A stretch of 63,134 bases of DNA from a virus (IMGVR_UViG_3300032677_000031:1-63134), one strand, 5' to 3'. Counted from the first letter of the stretch, positions 24,855 through 35,645 are shown. The notes: a model not told the origin generated them from the letters alone. Numbers and translations: made by a program.

Positions 24855-27800
24855 TTAGCGATATGTGACGACCGGCGGTAGATCAGCTAGGGCTTTCTTT
24901 AGGTTGTCCAGCTCAGGGAGAGCCCTCTGGAGAGGCCATGCAAGGCTGGTAGACTTCTGGATGCCTTCGTGCGTGGTCAGACCCTTGACATGGTAAATGT
25001 CCTTCAAAAATCCGATCGGCTTTCCGGCAACGCTCCAAGGATAAGAATAGTGGGTGTTGTCCTGAGTTGGACGGGTGCCTTTTTTCACCTCGAACAAGCC
25101 GACGACCGTGTCGTTTGGCAGGTCAAAGATCCAATCGGTGGATAGGTCGCGGGCGATATCGTGGGGCAAAAGACCCATTGCTGCCAGCTCTTTGGAGCTG
25201 ATCGGGAGCTTGCTTCGCTGCATTTGACCGAGGAATGGCTCCATGTCACCGAAGTTAAGCTTCTTGCCGCGGACAGCGTCTGCGAATTTGCTGAAAGAAG
25301 TGATTTGCTTCCATTTAGCCCGGACGTTTTCGTCCATGTCTTTCTTTGTGCTATTTACAATGGCACTGGACATCTCTTTGATCTGGGCATCCAGCTGTTT
25401 CTGGGTGACATGCTTGGTGTCGCGGGCTTGCTCCATAGCCTCCACGTATCCGAGCTGACCGGTGGGGTTCTTTAGGTGATTGATCGGGCTCTGCAGGGTG
25501 ACGGCGACCAGTACGCTGTCGGTGCCATGCTTTTCAGCCAGCTTGTTGACGCGGTTGACAAAGGTAGAGGCAGGTCCATCGTTGGTAAATGCCCAGACGC
25601 CATTGTTGAGCAAGGTCATGTGCTCAGGGCCGCCCTGTGCCTCTACGCTCAGCTTTTTCTTGTCACCTGTCGGCCCTACATACTTGGTTCCTACGCCCAT
25701 GCGGTCGGCGGGCAAGGCAAACATCGGTCTGTCGGCATAATCCTCGAGATTTATTCGCTGTGAGGCCGGCAGGAAGTTGACAAGAATCTTAGGCTTAGCG
25801 ACAAAGTCGGCCTCCGGGTTGGTGACAACAACATGTCCATCCAGCCTGACCCGTGGCTGCTCTTCCTTGGCCTTCGTAGGCACAATCGTCGAGTCGATCA
25901 CGTAGGGGAACTCGTGGCCGTTCTCGTCCTCGAGCATGACGGCGTTCATGCCGTGGAGATCCTTGATCTTGATACCGAGATCGTCGTTGACGTATTCCAT
26001 CGGCAGGGTGCGGCGGAAGCCAATTTCTTTCATCATTGCATCGGTCTCAGGAACGCTCAGGCCACGCTTGATCTTGAGGAACGGCTGCGACACCTCGGAG
26101 TAAAGTCCGGCAGGCCACTTGTTGCCATCAATGTCTACGCCACCGCTGCCCTCTACGTTCTGTAGGCCGCGGAAGGTCAGCGCAGCTTTAGGGAACAGCG
26201 TGTTGTGGATCTGCAGCGAGTCAAAATAGTCCGCCCACGTCGGGTAGTAAGGGTTCGGGGTGCGCTTTACGACGTCAGGCCCGGGAGGGAACGAAACTTG
26301 GTGCTCGCCACCGGCTTCAGAGCCATCGAGCTGCCATTGCTTGTGGAATGGCTCTGGATCCCGCATGAGCCCATTCTCTTCCGCATGCCTGCGGAGAGCG
26401 GTCTCTTCTACCTCTTTCCGAGAAGCGCTTCCCGAGGCTCCCTGTACACCTTCTGCACCTGAGCCTTGCGCTCCTCTGGCGACAGACGCGAACCCGCCGA
26501 GAAGTCGATTCCGGTCGTCTTGGCTTTGGCCTCCAGCTTGGATGCCAGCTCTTTCAGCTTGGGTGTCACTTTCAGTTTGTTGTTCATCAGTGGATAAAGA
26601 TTCGTTGGTTTGGGTTCCCTCGTCAACGCCTTTTTCTGCTGGCAGATAATTCACCCCAAAATACTTTGAGGTCTTGGGCGTCTTGAAGATCTCGCGACCC
26701 TGCTGTACTTCGGTGAGCTTGGTTTTCTTGAACATTGCCACGGCATCGAAGGCGCCGTTGTATGACTTGGGGCTGAAGTATCCGGCATAGCCAGCGTCCT
26801 CGATCATGTTGTCCATCTTCTCGCGGTTCAACATGCCGGCGACACCAAGAGGATCCTTTTCGAGGTCGTAGATGCTATTTCCGTCAACCTTGGCCACGTA
26901 CGGGGTACGACCGCGCATGATTCCCTCATAATTGCGGTCGTTGTTCAGGTAGAAGTAGGTCTTGGGGGCACCGCGGAGATCGCCCGGAGTGGCAGCGCCT
27001 TTGCCGAATTTGCTAGGATCTGCCGACTTGAGGCCGTGGGCACCGAAATGCACGAGATCGAGCTCTCCACCGACGCTGCCTTCTTTTTCCTTGGAAGGGT
27101 GCTGTACGGTAAGCTTTTTGGCTGGTAAGAAACTTGGTCCCGACTTAGTCCCGGCTTGAGCCTCTTTCTCGGCTGCGTCAATGAACTCCTGAGGAAGTGC
27201 TATGTTTTTCTGCTCAGCAAACGGACGTTCGGTGACAGGCACGTAACCTTTCTCGCCCTTCTTGGCGATGTTGCCCTCTTCGTCACGCAGGTGCGGACCA
27301 AAGTTGACCCAGCTGTTCTGCGCCAGAGTTTCTCCGGCCAGCGCCGGCTTGGCGGCATCTGAGAACATGCGGCTGTGCTCAAGATAGGCATTGAACTCAC
27401 CCCTCGGCCCAAACTCGTACCCATTTGCCCCGTGACCCACAATGTCGTGCACAACGCGGAACACGTCGTTGACCGGTACGTTCTCTGCACCGTTGAAATT
27501 GACCCCTGAGTCCTGCAGCATCGGGTTCTCGGCACGCATCTTGTCCGTTATGCCAGATTCTCCGTACCCTTCCTTGGTCTGGAAGTAATACAGGTGCTTA
27601 TTGTCCCGCACGTCCTTCATCATCTCAGCCGAGTTGGCGTATGGCTGACCTTCGCCAGTCCAAGGAGTGGCCGTATAGCCGGCCTTCTCGAATGCCTTCC
27701 ACTGATCGACAACTTCATTTGCAAGCGCCGTGTAAGCCTTCTTGACCTCAGGATGACTCGGATCGTTCTTGGCTTCCTCGTAATGATCGGCAATACGCTT

Positions 27801-30800
27801 GGCAAGCTCTTCGTTTACGGGGACAGCCTGACCATGCGGGCGGTATTCCATGCCGGCATTTTTTACGTAATCTTCGGAAATACGTTGGACGTCTTGGTTA
27901 GCGTTCTTTGCAGGCTGGGCATAGGGGGTGCGCTGATCGGGGGCGACATAGGTAGCCTTGACTGCATTCAGAGCCTTTAGAATCGGGTTATTTTCCTCAT
28001 TAGGCTCCTCGGTAGCTTTGCCTTCCCTTGCAGGCAAGAAGTTCATCAGCTGCTTGCCGTAGTCTACCGGAAGCGGCGGAGCTGTGCTCTCAAGCATGTC
28101 AGCAATCGAATCTGCACGCACCGACATGATCGTACGATCTGCGTATTTGCCCTTAGGATCGCCTTTCTTGCGCGGTATGACGGTACGATCAGGATTGGCG
28201 CTGCGAGCGTCATTATTTGTAAGATTAAGAAAATCATTGAAGATATTTTTCTTCTCCAGAGCAACTTTAGGGTCTGGATCTAGCCCAGTCTCGCCCGGCT
28301 TACCGGTCAAGTGATTCTGCAGATACTTTCCGGCAAACTCGCGGAAGAAAGCCTCACGATTACCGCCCCAAGGTGCCAGACGCCCGGGCAGACGATCCGC
28401 CCACAGGTCAAGCTTGTTGAGCAGACGAGTGACCGAGACCGTAGTGATCAAGAAGTTGCCATCCTTTGAGAAGTGCATGCCAATCGGCACGAGATCGTAG
28501 ATTTTAGGGCTAAAGGATACTGCCTTGCCGCGGTCATCAACACGGGCAGCGTAATCAATCAGCATGCGATTACCATCGCCGCGAGCCAGCAAATCATTGA
28601 ACCGGAGGATTGATTCCTTGACCTTAGCCGGCACAATTTGCTCGGGAAGGGCTCGTATAGCTGCAATCTGAGCAGGCGTAAAGGTACCGCGGTAGGACAG
28701 ACGATCTTCAGATACAGGACGGAACCCCTCGGGTTCCCCTTGATAGGCAGTATCCAGAGCATCACGAATCAAATCGGCACGAGTCTTAACAAGCTGCTTG
28801 ATTTCCTTAGGGGAAAGCATCTGCGGCGTTTCGCCGTCCGGACCCATGACAATTTCCCGGGAAACCTTGAGCGATCCGCCCTCAGGAACTTGCACCCCTG
28901 CCGGTGCTTCTCCGTATCCGCTGCGCTGATTTAGCGTACCGTTTTCGTTGCCCCAGAGACCTTCCTTTGCCATCGGATCGGTCAATACCGTTTGACCGAC
29001 TACGTTTCCGTTGGCATCAAATACGGTTGCGCGGAACTCGGTCTTAAATAGACCTGAGTCACGGCCATAGCGCTCACGGAGCGCCTTGTTACCAATCAGC
29101 TTGGCTTTGGTAATCATCGGTGCCACAGACTCCCCGGCAGTAGGAGTTGAAATCATTCCGTTCAGCTTCTGCAGCTGGCGGACGGCATTACGGTGAGCGG
29201 AAAGTACCTCAGGGGTAAATTGGGCACCGGTTGCGACCGAAGGGGTTGCGGCAAAGGGGTCACGACCGCCGTTGCCCATGTACTTATCTACGGCACGTGC
29301 GACAATGCTGTTCTGCCGGTTCAAAGTTGCCCAATCAAGTAGGTGCTGCTGCACAGAATCAAGGCTCTTGAGATTGTGTCCCGTGAACGAAGAGGCATTG
29401 AGATCGGCACGTACCTCTTTCTTCATGTAGTCAACGATAGCCTTTTCGTTAGGGCGATCGTTCACCGTATCCCAGAGCTGATTGCCCTTAGCCCACTGTT
29501 CTTTAGCGGCCTTGTCGCCTTCACCGGACAGATATTCGTTAAAGAACCGATCAACGAGATCCTTGTTGCTGAACAGTCCTTTGGTGCTTTGATAAACTTT
29601 GCCATCGAGACCTCGGTCTTCGAAGTCAAACAGAAGTTTGTCGGTCTGAGCATTGAGCTCACGGAACTCAGGAATGTCATCCAGTGCGTGACCGAACTCG
29701 TGCCGAAGAGCATCGGCAAAGGATACGTTTTGAGCCTTTGCAAAGTCAGCAACCTTGTCAATGTTGACAACCGCGGTTGGCTTCATCGGATCAAAGGTCA
29801 CACGTGTCATCGGAGCCTGCAGCGCTGTTGGAACAGACTCACCCGGCACAAACTCACGACCCCCCGTAGGGAAATACAATCCAGCTCCAGTCTCAGCAAT
29901 CTGCTGCAGCTCTGCAGGAGTCTTGTCGGGATTCTGGGCAACCATCCGGTCAACGATCTGAGGAGTGGAAAGGATTTCGACTCCGATATTCTTCTGACCT
30001 GCGCGGAACGGACCATTAGTCGTTTCGTGCATGGTATTGATCATCTTTCCAATTTCCCGAGCATACGCCTGACGGGTGGCAACGTCGGCATTTGCAAGCT
30101 CTGGGTGCGTGCGGACAACATTTGTCCAATCCTGCAGCTGGCGGATGTTTTCCTGCGTCTCCGGAGAAAGCTGCTGCATCGTCTTGTAAATGTCGGCATC
30201 GGTCTGGCGTATTTCACGCTGATGTGCTGAGGGATCTTGACGAAGAGCCCCGTGCAAAGCTTTAGCAAACACACCAAAGCCAATACCGCTTTTCAAGCTA
30301 TCGGCCAGCTCATCGGCATCCTGAGAATTGAGGGCTCCGGTTGCTACGCCCAAGGCTCCCATGTTTACGCCCTCGCGACCGTAATCTTTAATCAGGTTAC
30401 CCAGTTTGTCGTAGATTTTACCGTTCTTAAACAGGGTCTGGGTCAGCTGAGAGGCTTCCGGATTAGCTCCGGCAAGTTCAAACATTCCCTTGCGACCGCC
30501 GGCAGATACGGCTTTTGCTTCGGCAAGATCAGCCAGCGTACGTGGGATCTGCGTTACCGCTTCGAGTCCCTTGAGCTTACCCAGAGCGCCGAGAGCGGTA
30601 TGTTCTACGATTGCTCCCAGCAAAGCACCGCGCAGAGGGTGTTCTTTGTCTTCACCGTATCCGATAACGGCACCGGGCAAATCTTTCAAAGCTGCCGTAC
30701 CAACAGCTGCCAATATGGGTCGATTTTGTGCAAATTCAGCTGCTGCCTGCTGCAATCCTTCGGTCGTATCCGCAAACTTTTTAGCCGCCGACCCTAGCAA

Positions 30801-31886
30801 TCCAATTTTGCTTGCTTTCTCTACGCGAGCCGCGGTGGCTGCCTGTTCGAGGGCTTGCTGGGCAGCCTTTGACATGCTGAGTCCGCGTACAAGACCCGGA
30901 ATGCCGGCACCTGCACCAATTACATTACCCGCAAATCCCATCTCGCCAAAACCAAGACCCGCGGGGCTTAGCCAGCTTCCTGCGGTCTTGATGTCTTCGT
31001 CGATGGGTGCCTGAGACTTAGCGACATCCTGAGCAACTTCCTGTGCCCCTTTGTAGGCGGTCTCGTCGTCAATCCCCGGGGCATTCAGCTTAATCAGGCT
31101 CTTCAATCCCTCCTGCACGTAGGGATGAAACAACATTTTGGAATACACCGTAGGGCTGGTGCGGTTAAGCAAAGCATTTGCGGTATCAACCGACTCTCTT
31201 GCTTGGTACCGGCGGAAAGAATCCTCTGGGGTAGAAAACCCATATTTTTCGCTCAGCTGATCCGTGTACTTGGTTCCCCCTAGCCCTATTTTAGCAGCGG
31301 TAGTGGCAAGTTCCCCCGGCAGCTCCATCACGGGGGCATTGAAAGACTTCAGGGCATTGAGGGTATTTACGGCGTGCGCCTTGATGTCTTCCTCAGACGC
31401 ATCCTCTGCAGGCTCTTCAAACATTTGACCTGCAAACTTTCCGGCACCACGTAACAGGCGCTTTGTTTCATCCCAGAGACTGCCGCCCGATTGCTCTTTC
31501 TTAATCAACCCTGCACGCTCGGCATCAAATACTTCGCGCTGTTTGTCGGCAGGGATTGGGTAATCAGGACGAATCTTTTTGAAGTCGTGCCACTCTTGGG
31601 GAGACCAAGTGCTCATCATCCCCAGATAATCTTTGTCGAAATTCTCCGGCTCTAATCCTTGCGTTGCGGTGGCAAACTGATCGACTGCGCTGACAGGCTT
31701 TTCTTGTTCCTGAGGCTTTGGGGTCAGCGAATCAAAAAATGCAGACGGATCCTCGGTCACCGAAGGTGCCTTGGTTTCCTCTTTCTTTTCCTCTGGCTGT
31801 TCGACTTTTTTCTCGGGAGCTTTAGGCTCCGGAGCTTTTGTCAAATTGTCGAAAAAGGAATTGGGATCATCCGTAATTGAATCCAT
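24855..31886 (-). CDS. giant internal virion/ejection protein, polyvalent (metallopeptidase, HDxxGH domain, ART-like and kinase-like domains)
   Basis: 2343 aa; last of the ejection cluster; HEFGH, FRVVHDIVGH, LVHFG...TYFY...AGYAGY, GGEHQV...VVK...DLHGMN...VID. Confidence 0.72.
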   Translation of the reverse strand: MDSITDDPNSFFDNLTKAPEPKAPEKKVEQPEEKKEETKAPSVTEDPSAFFDSLTPKPQEQEKPVSAVDQFATATQGLEPENFDKDYLGMMSTWSPQEWHDFKKIRPDYPIPADKQREVFDAERAGLIKKEQSGGSLWDETKRLLRGAGKFAGQMFEEPAEDASEEDIKAHAVNTLNALKSFNAPVMELPGELATTAAKIGLGGTKYTDQLSEKYGFSTPEDSFRRYQARESVDTANALLNRTSPTVYSKMLFHPYVQEGLKSLIKLNAPGIDDETAYKGAQEVAQDVAKSQAPIDEDIKTAGSWLSPAGLGFGEMGFAGNVIGAGAGIPGLVRGLSMSKAAQQALEQAATAARVEKASKIGLLGSAAKKFADTTEGLQQAAAEFAQNRPILAAVGTAALKDLPGAVIGYGEDKEHPLRGALLGAIVEHTALGALGKLKGLEAVTQIPRTLADLAEAKAVSAGGRKGMFELAGANPEASQLTQTLFKNGKIYDKLGNLIKDYGREGVNMGALGVATGALNSQDADELADSLKSGIGFGVFAKALHGALRQDPSAHQREIRQTDADIYKTMQQLSPETQENIRQLQDWTNVVRTHPELANADVATRQAYAREIGKMINTMHETTNGPFRAGQKNIGVEILSTPQIVDRMVAQNPDKTPAELQQIAETGAGLYFPTGGREFVPGESVPTALQAPMTRVTFDPMKPTAVVNIDKVADFAKAQNVSFADALRHEFGHALDDIPEFRELNAQTDKLLFDFEDRGLDGKVYQSTKGLFSNKDLVDRFFNEYLSGEGDKAAKEQWAKGNQLWDTVNDRPNEKAIVDYMKKEVRADLNASSFTGHNLKSLDSVQQHLLDWATLNRQNSIVARAVDKYMGNGGRDPFAATPSVATGAQFTPEVLSAHRNAVRQLQKLNGMISTPTAGESVAPMITKAKLIGNKALRERYGRDSGLFKTEFRATVFDANGNVVGQTVLTDPMAKEGLWGNENGTLNQRSGYGEAPAGVQVPEGGSLKVSREIVMGPDGETPQMLSPKEIKQLVKTRADLIRDALDTAYQGEPEGFRPVSEDRLSYRGTFTPAQIAAIRALPEQIVPAKVKESILRFNDLLARGDGNRMLIDYAARVDDRGKAVSFSPKIYDLVPIGMHFSKDGNFLITTVSVTRLLNKLDLWADRLPGRLAPWGGNREAFFREFAGKYLQNHLTGKPGETGLDPDPKVALEKKNIFNDFLNLTNNDARSANPDRTVIPRKKGDPKGKYADRTIMSVRADSIADMLESTAPPLPVDYGKQLMNFLPAREGKATEEPNEENNPILKALNAVKATYVAPDQRTPYAQPAKNANQDVQRISEDYVKNAGMEYRPHGQAVPVNEELAKRIADHYEEAKNDPSHPEVKKAYTALANEVVDQWKAFEKAGYTATPWTGEGQPYANSAEMMKDVRDNKHLYYFQTKEGYGESGITDKMRAENPMLQDSGVNFNGAENVPVNDVFRVVHDIVGHGANGYEFGPRGEFNAYLEHSRMFSDAAKPALAGETLAQNSWVNFGPHLRDEEGNIAKKGEKGYVPVTERPFAEQKNIALPQEFIDAAEKEAQAGTKSGPSFLPAKKLTVQHPSKEKEGSVGGELDLVHFGAHGLKSADPSKFGKGAATPGDLRGAPKTYFYLNNDRNYEGIMRGRTPYVAKVDGNSIYDLEKDPLGVAGMLNREKMDNMIEDAGYAGYFSPKSYNGAFDAVAMFKKTKLTEVQQGREIFKTPKTSKYFGVNYLPAEKGVDEGTQTNESLSTDEQQTESDTQAERAGIQAGGQSQDDRNRLLGGFASVARGAQGSGAEGVQGASGSASRKEVEETALRRHAEENGLMRDPEPFHKQWQLDGSEAGGEHQVSFPPGPDVVKRTPNPYYPTWADYFDSLQIHNTLFPKAALTFRGLQNVEGSGGVDIDGNKWPAGLYSEVSQPFLKIKRGLSVPETDAMMKEIGFRRTLPMEYVNDDLGIKIKDLHGMNAVMLEDENGHEFPYVIDSTIVPTKAKEEQPRVRLDGHVVVTNPEADFVAKPKILVNFLPASQRINLEDYADRPMFALPADRMGVGTKYVGPTGDKKKLSVEAQGGPEHMTLLNNGVWAFTNDGPASTFVNRVNKLAEKHGTDSVLVAVTLQSPINHLKNPTGQLGYVEAMEQARDTKHVTQKQLDAQIKEMSSAIVNSTKKDMDENVRAKWKQITSFSKFADAVRGKKLNFGDMEPFLGQMQRSKLPISSKELAAMGLLPHDIARDLSTDWIFDLPNDTVVGLFEVKKGTRPTQDNTHYSYPWSVAGKPIGFLKDIYHVKGLTTHEGIQKSTSLAWPLQRALPELDNLKKALADLPPVVTYR

Positions 31887-31892
31887 TGGGAA

Positions 31893-33755
31893 TTATTGCG
31901 CTGCGGGAGCCGTAGGGATACTCATCATCGCGCCACCTCCCCAACCTTGGGGCATGTTTTCTATTTCGTCCATGTTGATAATTGTTCCTTTAGCGGCGTG
32001 TAATTTACCGCTGAGATCTTTGGCTTGTTTACCCAAATCTTCAAGCTTTGACGTCAATTCAGAGACAGATTTTTCATCGCCTTTCTGAGCCGCCGCATCT
32101 TTCTGGGCTTTGATTTTAAGTGCCTCTGAGCGCATCTCGTTGAGATTTGCCATCGCATCTTCTTTTGATACGGGGGTGATGAAATACTGAGGGAGGTCTT
32201 CCTCGTTGGTGATACCTTGTTTGCCCAACTTGTTGCGATAGAAAGTAACCGCTTGGTTGGCAATCTTTGCCTGTGCAGCATGATCCTCTGAGATAACCCG
32301 CAGCATCTGATCGCGCTGATTTTGAGTCAAACGGGCACCGCCCTGAAGCTTTTGTAACAAGAGCTCGGGTTTGTCTCGGATACCGGCAGATTGCAATGCC
32401 AGCGCTGCCTGACCTTCCGTAATACGACCGCCACCTTCGGCGCGACCAAACATGTCAAGAAGTCCGATGTCGGAGATACCCGAAGCCTCTGGGTTTTTGC
32501 GGATGGCCTCGTAATCTTTGACAAATCGGGCAAAGGATTGCTGCATGCCGTTGGGTGCCGTAAAGGCTTTGACGGCAGGGTGCTGATAGAATTTAGAACC
32601 CTCGGAGTCGAGAAGACGTTGACGAGTGAGACCGATTCTCTCTTCGGCCTGTTGCTTGCGGTTTGCCTGAGACTCAATGGTCTCTTGCTTCAAGGCAGGG
32701 CGTTCGACTACGTAACCTCCGATTGTGTGGTCGTATTTGATTGTTCCATTGGGCTCGTAACCGTTGTAGCTCTTGGAAGCTTCGGCTTGTGCAGAGGCCA
32801 AGGATTTGAAAGGCCCGGGCATTGGTCCGGAAGAAATAGCCGCGGATTCTTGCTCACTAGGTAATGCGGCCAATTGCTTTTCCACGGCATATTGCTCAGG
32901 AATACTTTCAGCACCAAATCCCTTAGCTTTTTGAAGCATCGCTGAGGTAGCGCTGAGTGGGGGAATACCGGCAAGGGGAGACGTAGGAGCGGCGCCACCG
33001 GCGGAGAGATAGGTTGCAGAAACGCTGCTTAGGTCTGGGATCGCAACGGCAGGTCCGAGGGCATTCATGGCCGTTGGGCTCACCGGAGCGGATAAATTGC
33101 TCAACGGAGAGGGTTGGGCTTCAAGTTTTCCTGCGGGTACGCCAATATCCATCGGCTTATCCGGAGAGTTCAGAGGCTGTGTAATATCAGGTTCTTCCCC
33201 GGGAACGGGGCGCATTGAAGGGAATTGACGATAGACTTCTTCATCTAAATCTGAGGATCCGCTATCTGAAGTAGGTGCAGTAATTCCGGAAAGCGGAGGA
33301 GTCGTTTGCGTAGGCGCATCTACGAACGGAGTACCTTTGTTACCACCAGCTTCTTTGACCCTAAGCAAACCTTCTCGGTAAGCTTTTTCGTCCTGAGCTT
33401 TTTGAGCTTCAATACCCAAACGCGATTGCTCCATACCAAGTCTGGATTGCTCCATACCAAGGGTAGCTTGTCGCTGAGCCTGTGTGGCAGCGATTTCTTG
33501 CTGTTTGAGTGCCTGTTCAGCTTTGAACCGCTCGTCTTCCCGTTTGCTTTGGTAAGCGGCAGTAATACCTTTGCCCAGAGCCCCGAGCCCTACGGCGATT
33601 CCCTCAGCTACGGCTGAACTTGGGGTCTTGATCTCAGCGGGCTTCCAAGCAAGTCCCGGTGCACCGATATTTAATGGCGCTAGGTTTGCCAGCGAGGGCG
33701 TCACTATCGGCGCCTGAGGCACCGTTAGGTTGAATCCGGAAGTGTCAAAGGCCAT
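31893..33755 (-). CDS. internal virion/ejection protein
   Basis: Ala/Gln/Pro-rich, coiled-coil; 21-bp tandem repeat encoding LGMEQSR; position. Confidence 0.6.
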   Translation of the reverse strand: MAFDTSGFNLTVPQAPIVTPSLANLAPLNIGAPGLAWKPAEIKTPSSAVAEGIAVGLGALGKGITAAYQSKREDERFKAEQALKQQEIAATQAQRQATLGMEQSRLGMEQSRLGIEAQKAQDEKAYREGLLRVKEAGGNKGTPFVDAPTQTTPPLSGITAPTSDSGSSDLDEEVYRQFPSMRPVPGEEPDITQPLNSPDKPMDIGVPAGKLEAQPSPLSNLSAPVSPTAMNALGPAVAIPDLSSVSATYLSAGGAAPTSPLAGIPPLSATSAMLQKAKGFGAESIPEQYAVEKQLAALPSEQESAAISSGPMPGPFKSLASAQAEASKSYNGYEPNGTIKYDHTIGGYVVERPALKQETIESQANRKQQAEERIGLTRQRLLDSEGSKFYQHPAVKAFTAPNGMQQSFARFVKDYEAIRKNPEASGISDIGLLDMFGRAEGGGRITEGQAALALQSAGIRDKPELLLQKLQGGARLTQNQRDQMLRVISEDHAAQAKIANQAVTFYRNKLGKQGITNEEDLPQYFITPVSKEDAMANLNEMRSEALKIKAQKDAAAQKGDEKSVSELTSKLEDLGKQAKDLSGKLHAAKGTIINMDEIENMPQGWGGGAMMSIPTAPAAQ

Positions 33756-33768
33756 CTACTTTCGGGGT

Positions 33769-34305
33769 TTAGTAGCCTCCGAAAGTGATTCCCTGCGTCG
33801 AAGGCATGTACTGATTGGTACCGGAGGTCGTCTTGTTGAGAGCTGAAGCCGCGGTTGTATTTGCAGGGTTCATGCTTGAGCCTGCAGCTCCGGGGACAAC
33901 ATTCGATCCGGTGCTTGGCAGTCCGTAAGCTGCACCAAGGTTCGAGGCTGCCTGCTGCTTGGCGCCGGCTAGATTAAATCCACCTGCCGCGGCGTTTCCA
34001 CCAGAGGTAGCGGCCTGAGAGGCGGCCTGTGCGGCTGCGAGATCCTTGGCAGCTTGTACCTGTGACTGCTGGGCGAGAGATTGCTGAGCGGCGGTATTTC
34101 CGGCAGTGGATTGCTGTTGGGCAGTGTTGGATTGTGCGGTAGCAGCGGCATCACGCTGAGCTTGGAGAGCAGCGGCCTGTTGGGCAGCAATGGCAGCATT
34201 CTGTTGCTGAATCATTGCCATAAGAGCTTGGTCGGTAGAGCTCTGCCCTCCGCCTTGCACTCCTTGAAATGCGTTGAATACGCCTCCTGATCCGATTCCG
34301 CCCAT
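33769..34305 (-). CDS. Ala/Gln/Gly-rich internal virion protein
   Basis: Composition and position; MGG N-terminus. Confidence 0.55.
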   Translation of the reverse strand: MGGIGSGGVFNAFQGVQGGGQSSTDQALMAMIQQQNAAIAAQQAAALQAQRDAAATAQSNTAQQQSTAGNTAAQQSLAQQSQVQAAKDLAAAQAASQAATSGGNAAAGGFNLAGAKQQAASNLGAAYGLPSTGSNVVPGAAGSSMNPANTTAASALNKTTSGTNQYMPSTQGITFGGY

Positions 34306-34351
34306 AAGTTTAGTGTGTTAAAGTTTGGTTTGTTGGTTAAAGTTGTGTGGA

Positions 34352-34380
34352 CTTGTAAGGTAAAAAATTTTGTTTATCAA
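34352..34380 (-). promoter_or_regulatory. sigma70-like promoter
   Basis: TTGATA-17 nt-TACAAG. Confidence 0.45.
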
Positions 34381-34388
34381 GAGTAAAA

Positions 34389-35243
34389 TTACCTGAACAA
34401 GCTGCCCACGAGTCCTCCCAGAGAGGATCCTACTGCCGTACCGGCAGGGCCTCCGAAGCTGCCGAGCAACCCACCGCCTAAGGCACCCAGTCCGGAATAC
34501 AGTGCTCCGGCATTCTGAGCGTTGTAAGCTTGGTTAGCATTTTGGGCTGCAAGTTGGTTCGCCTGAATCGTTTGTGCGTCCTGACCCATCGTATTGTAGA
34601 GATTATTTGCCCCCTGCTCAACGCTCTGCTGCAGGTTGTTTGCTTCACCAAAAATTCCCTGCAGGAAGGCATTTCCTTGCGCCGCGGCCTGAGCACCAGC
34701 TTGCATCGGGATGGAGGCAGCCATCCCGGGGCTAATTCCGGTCTGTGGCAAGTTTTGGTAAGGCTGACCGAGCTGAGCCAAAGATTGCTGAAGCTGAAGG
34801 CCGGCAAGCGTATTCTTGTCAAATAGGGCACTTCCGTAAATCGTGCTGCTGGGGTTGAGCCCAGTTCCGTACATTCCGGGAAGCGTGCGCTGAGCAAATT
34901 CTTGCTGAGAGGCTTTCTTTAACGTCTCAGGATCCGTGAGGTTGGCCGTCATCTGCTCAGTGTTCTGACGGATCTGTGCACCGAGGGGATCGACCTGTTG
35001 CTGCAGAATCTTCGAGTTCTGGGCGTTCAGATAGGCGGTATCCTTTGCAGTATTGTAGGCGCCGGCCTGCCCCCAGATGTCAGGGGAATACGTGTATGGC
35101 GTAATAGCCGCCATGTTTTTTAGCATCTCAGCCCTAGCCTGCTCGGCATTACCGATGGCTTGGGTCTGTCCCTCCAATCCCGCAATCATCGGCAACGGAC
35201 TAGGTGCTTGTACTTGTGCTGGTTGAGGTGCTGATCCGCCCAT
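34389..35243 (-). CDS. DNA pilot/ejection protein
   Basis: Start MGGSAPQP; Gln/Ala-rich; C-terminal GLGALGGGLLGSFGGPAGTAVG glycine-zipper segment. Confidence 0.65.
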   Translation of the reverse strand: MGGSAPQPAQVQAPSPLPMIAGLEGQTQAIGNAEQARAEMLKNMAAITPYTYSPDIWGQAGAYNTAKDTAYLNAQNSKILQQQVDPLGAQIRQNTEQMTANLTDPETLKKASQQEFAQRTLPGMYGTGLNPSSTIYGSALFDKNTLAGLQLQQSLAQLGQPYQNLPQTGISPGMAASIPMQAGAQAAAQGNAFLQGIFGEANNLQQSVEQGANNLYNTMGQDAQTIQANQLAAQNANQAYNAQNAGALYSGLGALGGGLLGSFGGPAGTAVGSSLGGLVGSLFR

Positions 35244-35247
35244 AGAA

Positions 35248-35634
35248 TTAAGCCAACGTATACAGCTCTCTGTAATGTCTGGCAAGACCTAGTTTTTGCA
35301 TGATCTTGTCCGGGAAATTCTGCCGGTGGGGATTTGACTCGAGAGGCACGCCAATATACCCGGGTTTTCCGGATAATTGGCAATGGGCACGCCAGTCGTT
35401 CATTACCTGCAAAACATCCTGCGGCCTTGTGAGCGCGGGGTGAAAGGCTGGGTAGATTGTGGGCACAAAGACATGATCCGAGTACCCGAAGCAGGTATCG
35501 TCCCGATAGTGGGCATATACGTTGATACTCGGGTGTGCTTGGATTTTGTGGTCAAACGATTCCGCAAACGTCTGGAGTTGCTGGAACTCTTGTGTGTTTG
35601 GGGTGACGTATTTGTAGGTTATGGTTGGTTTCAT
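35248..35634 (-). CDS. hypothetical protein, possibly GNAT-like (T7 gp13-type position)
   Basis: 128 aa; ends IMQKLGL; directly upstream of ejection genes. Confidence 0.45.
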   Translation of the reverse strand: MKPTITYKYVTPNTQEFQQLQTFAESFDHKIQAHPSINVYAHYRDDTCFGYSDHVFVPTIYPAFHPALTRPQDVLQVMNDWRAHCQLSGKPGYIGVPLESNPHRQNFPDKIMQKLGLARHYRELYTLA

Positions 35635-35645
35635 AAAATTTTACA

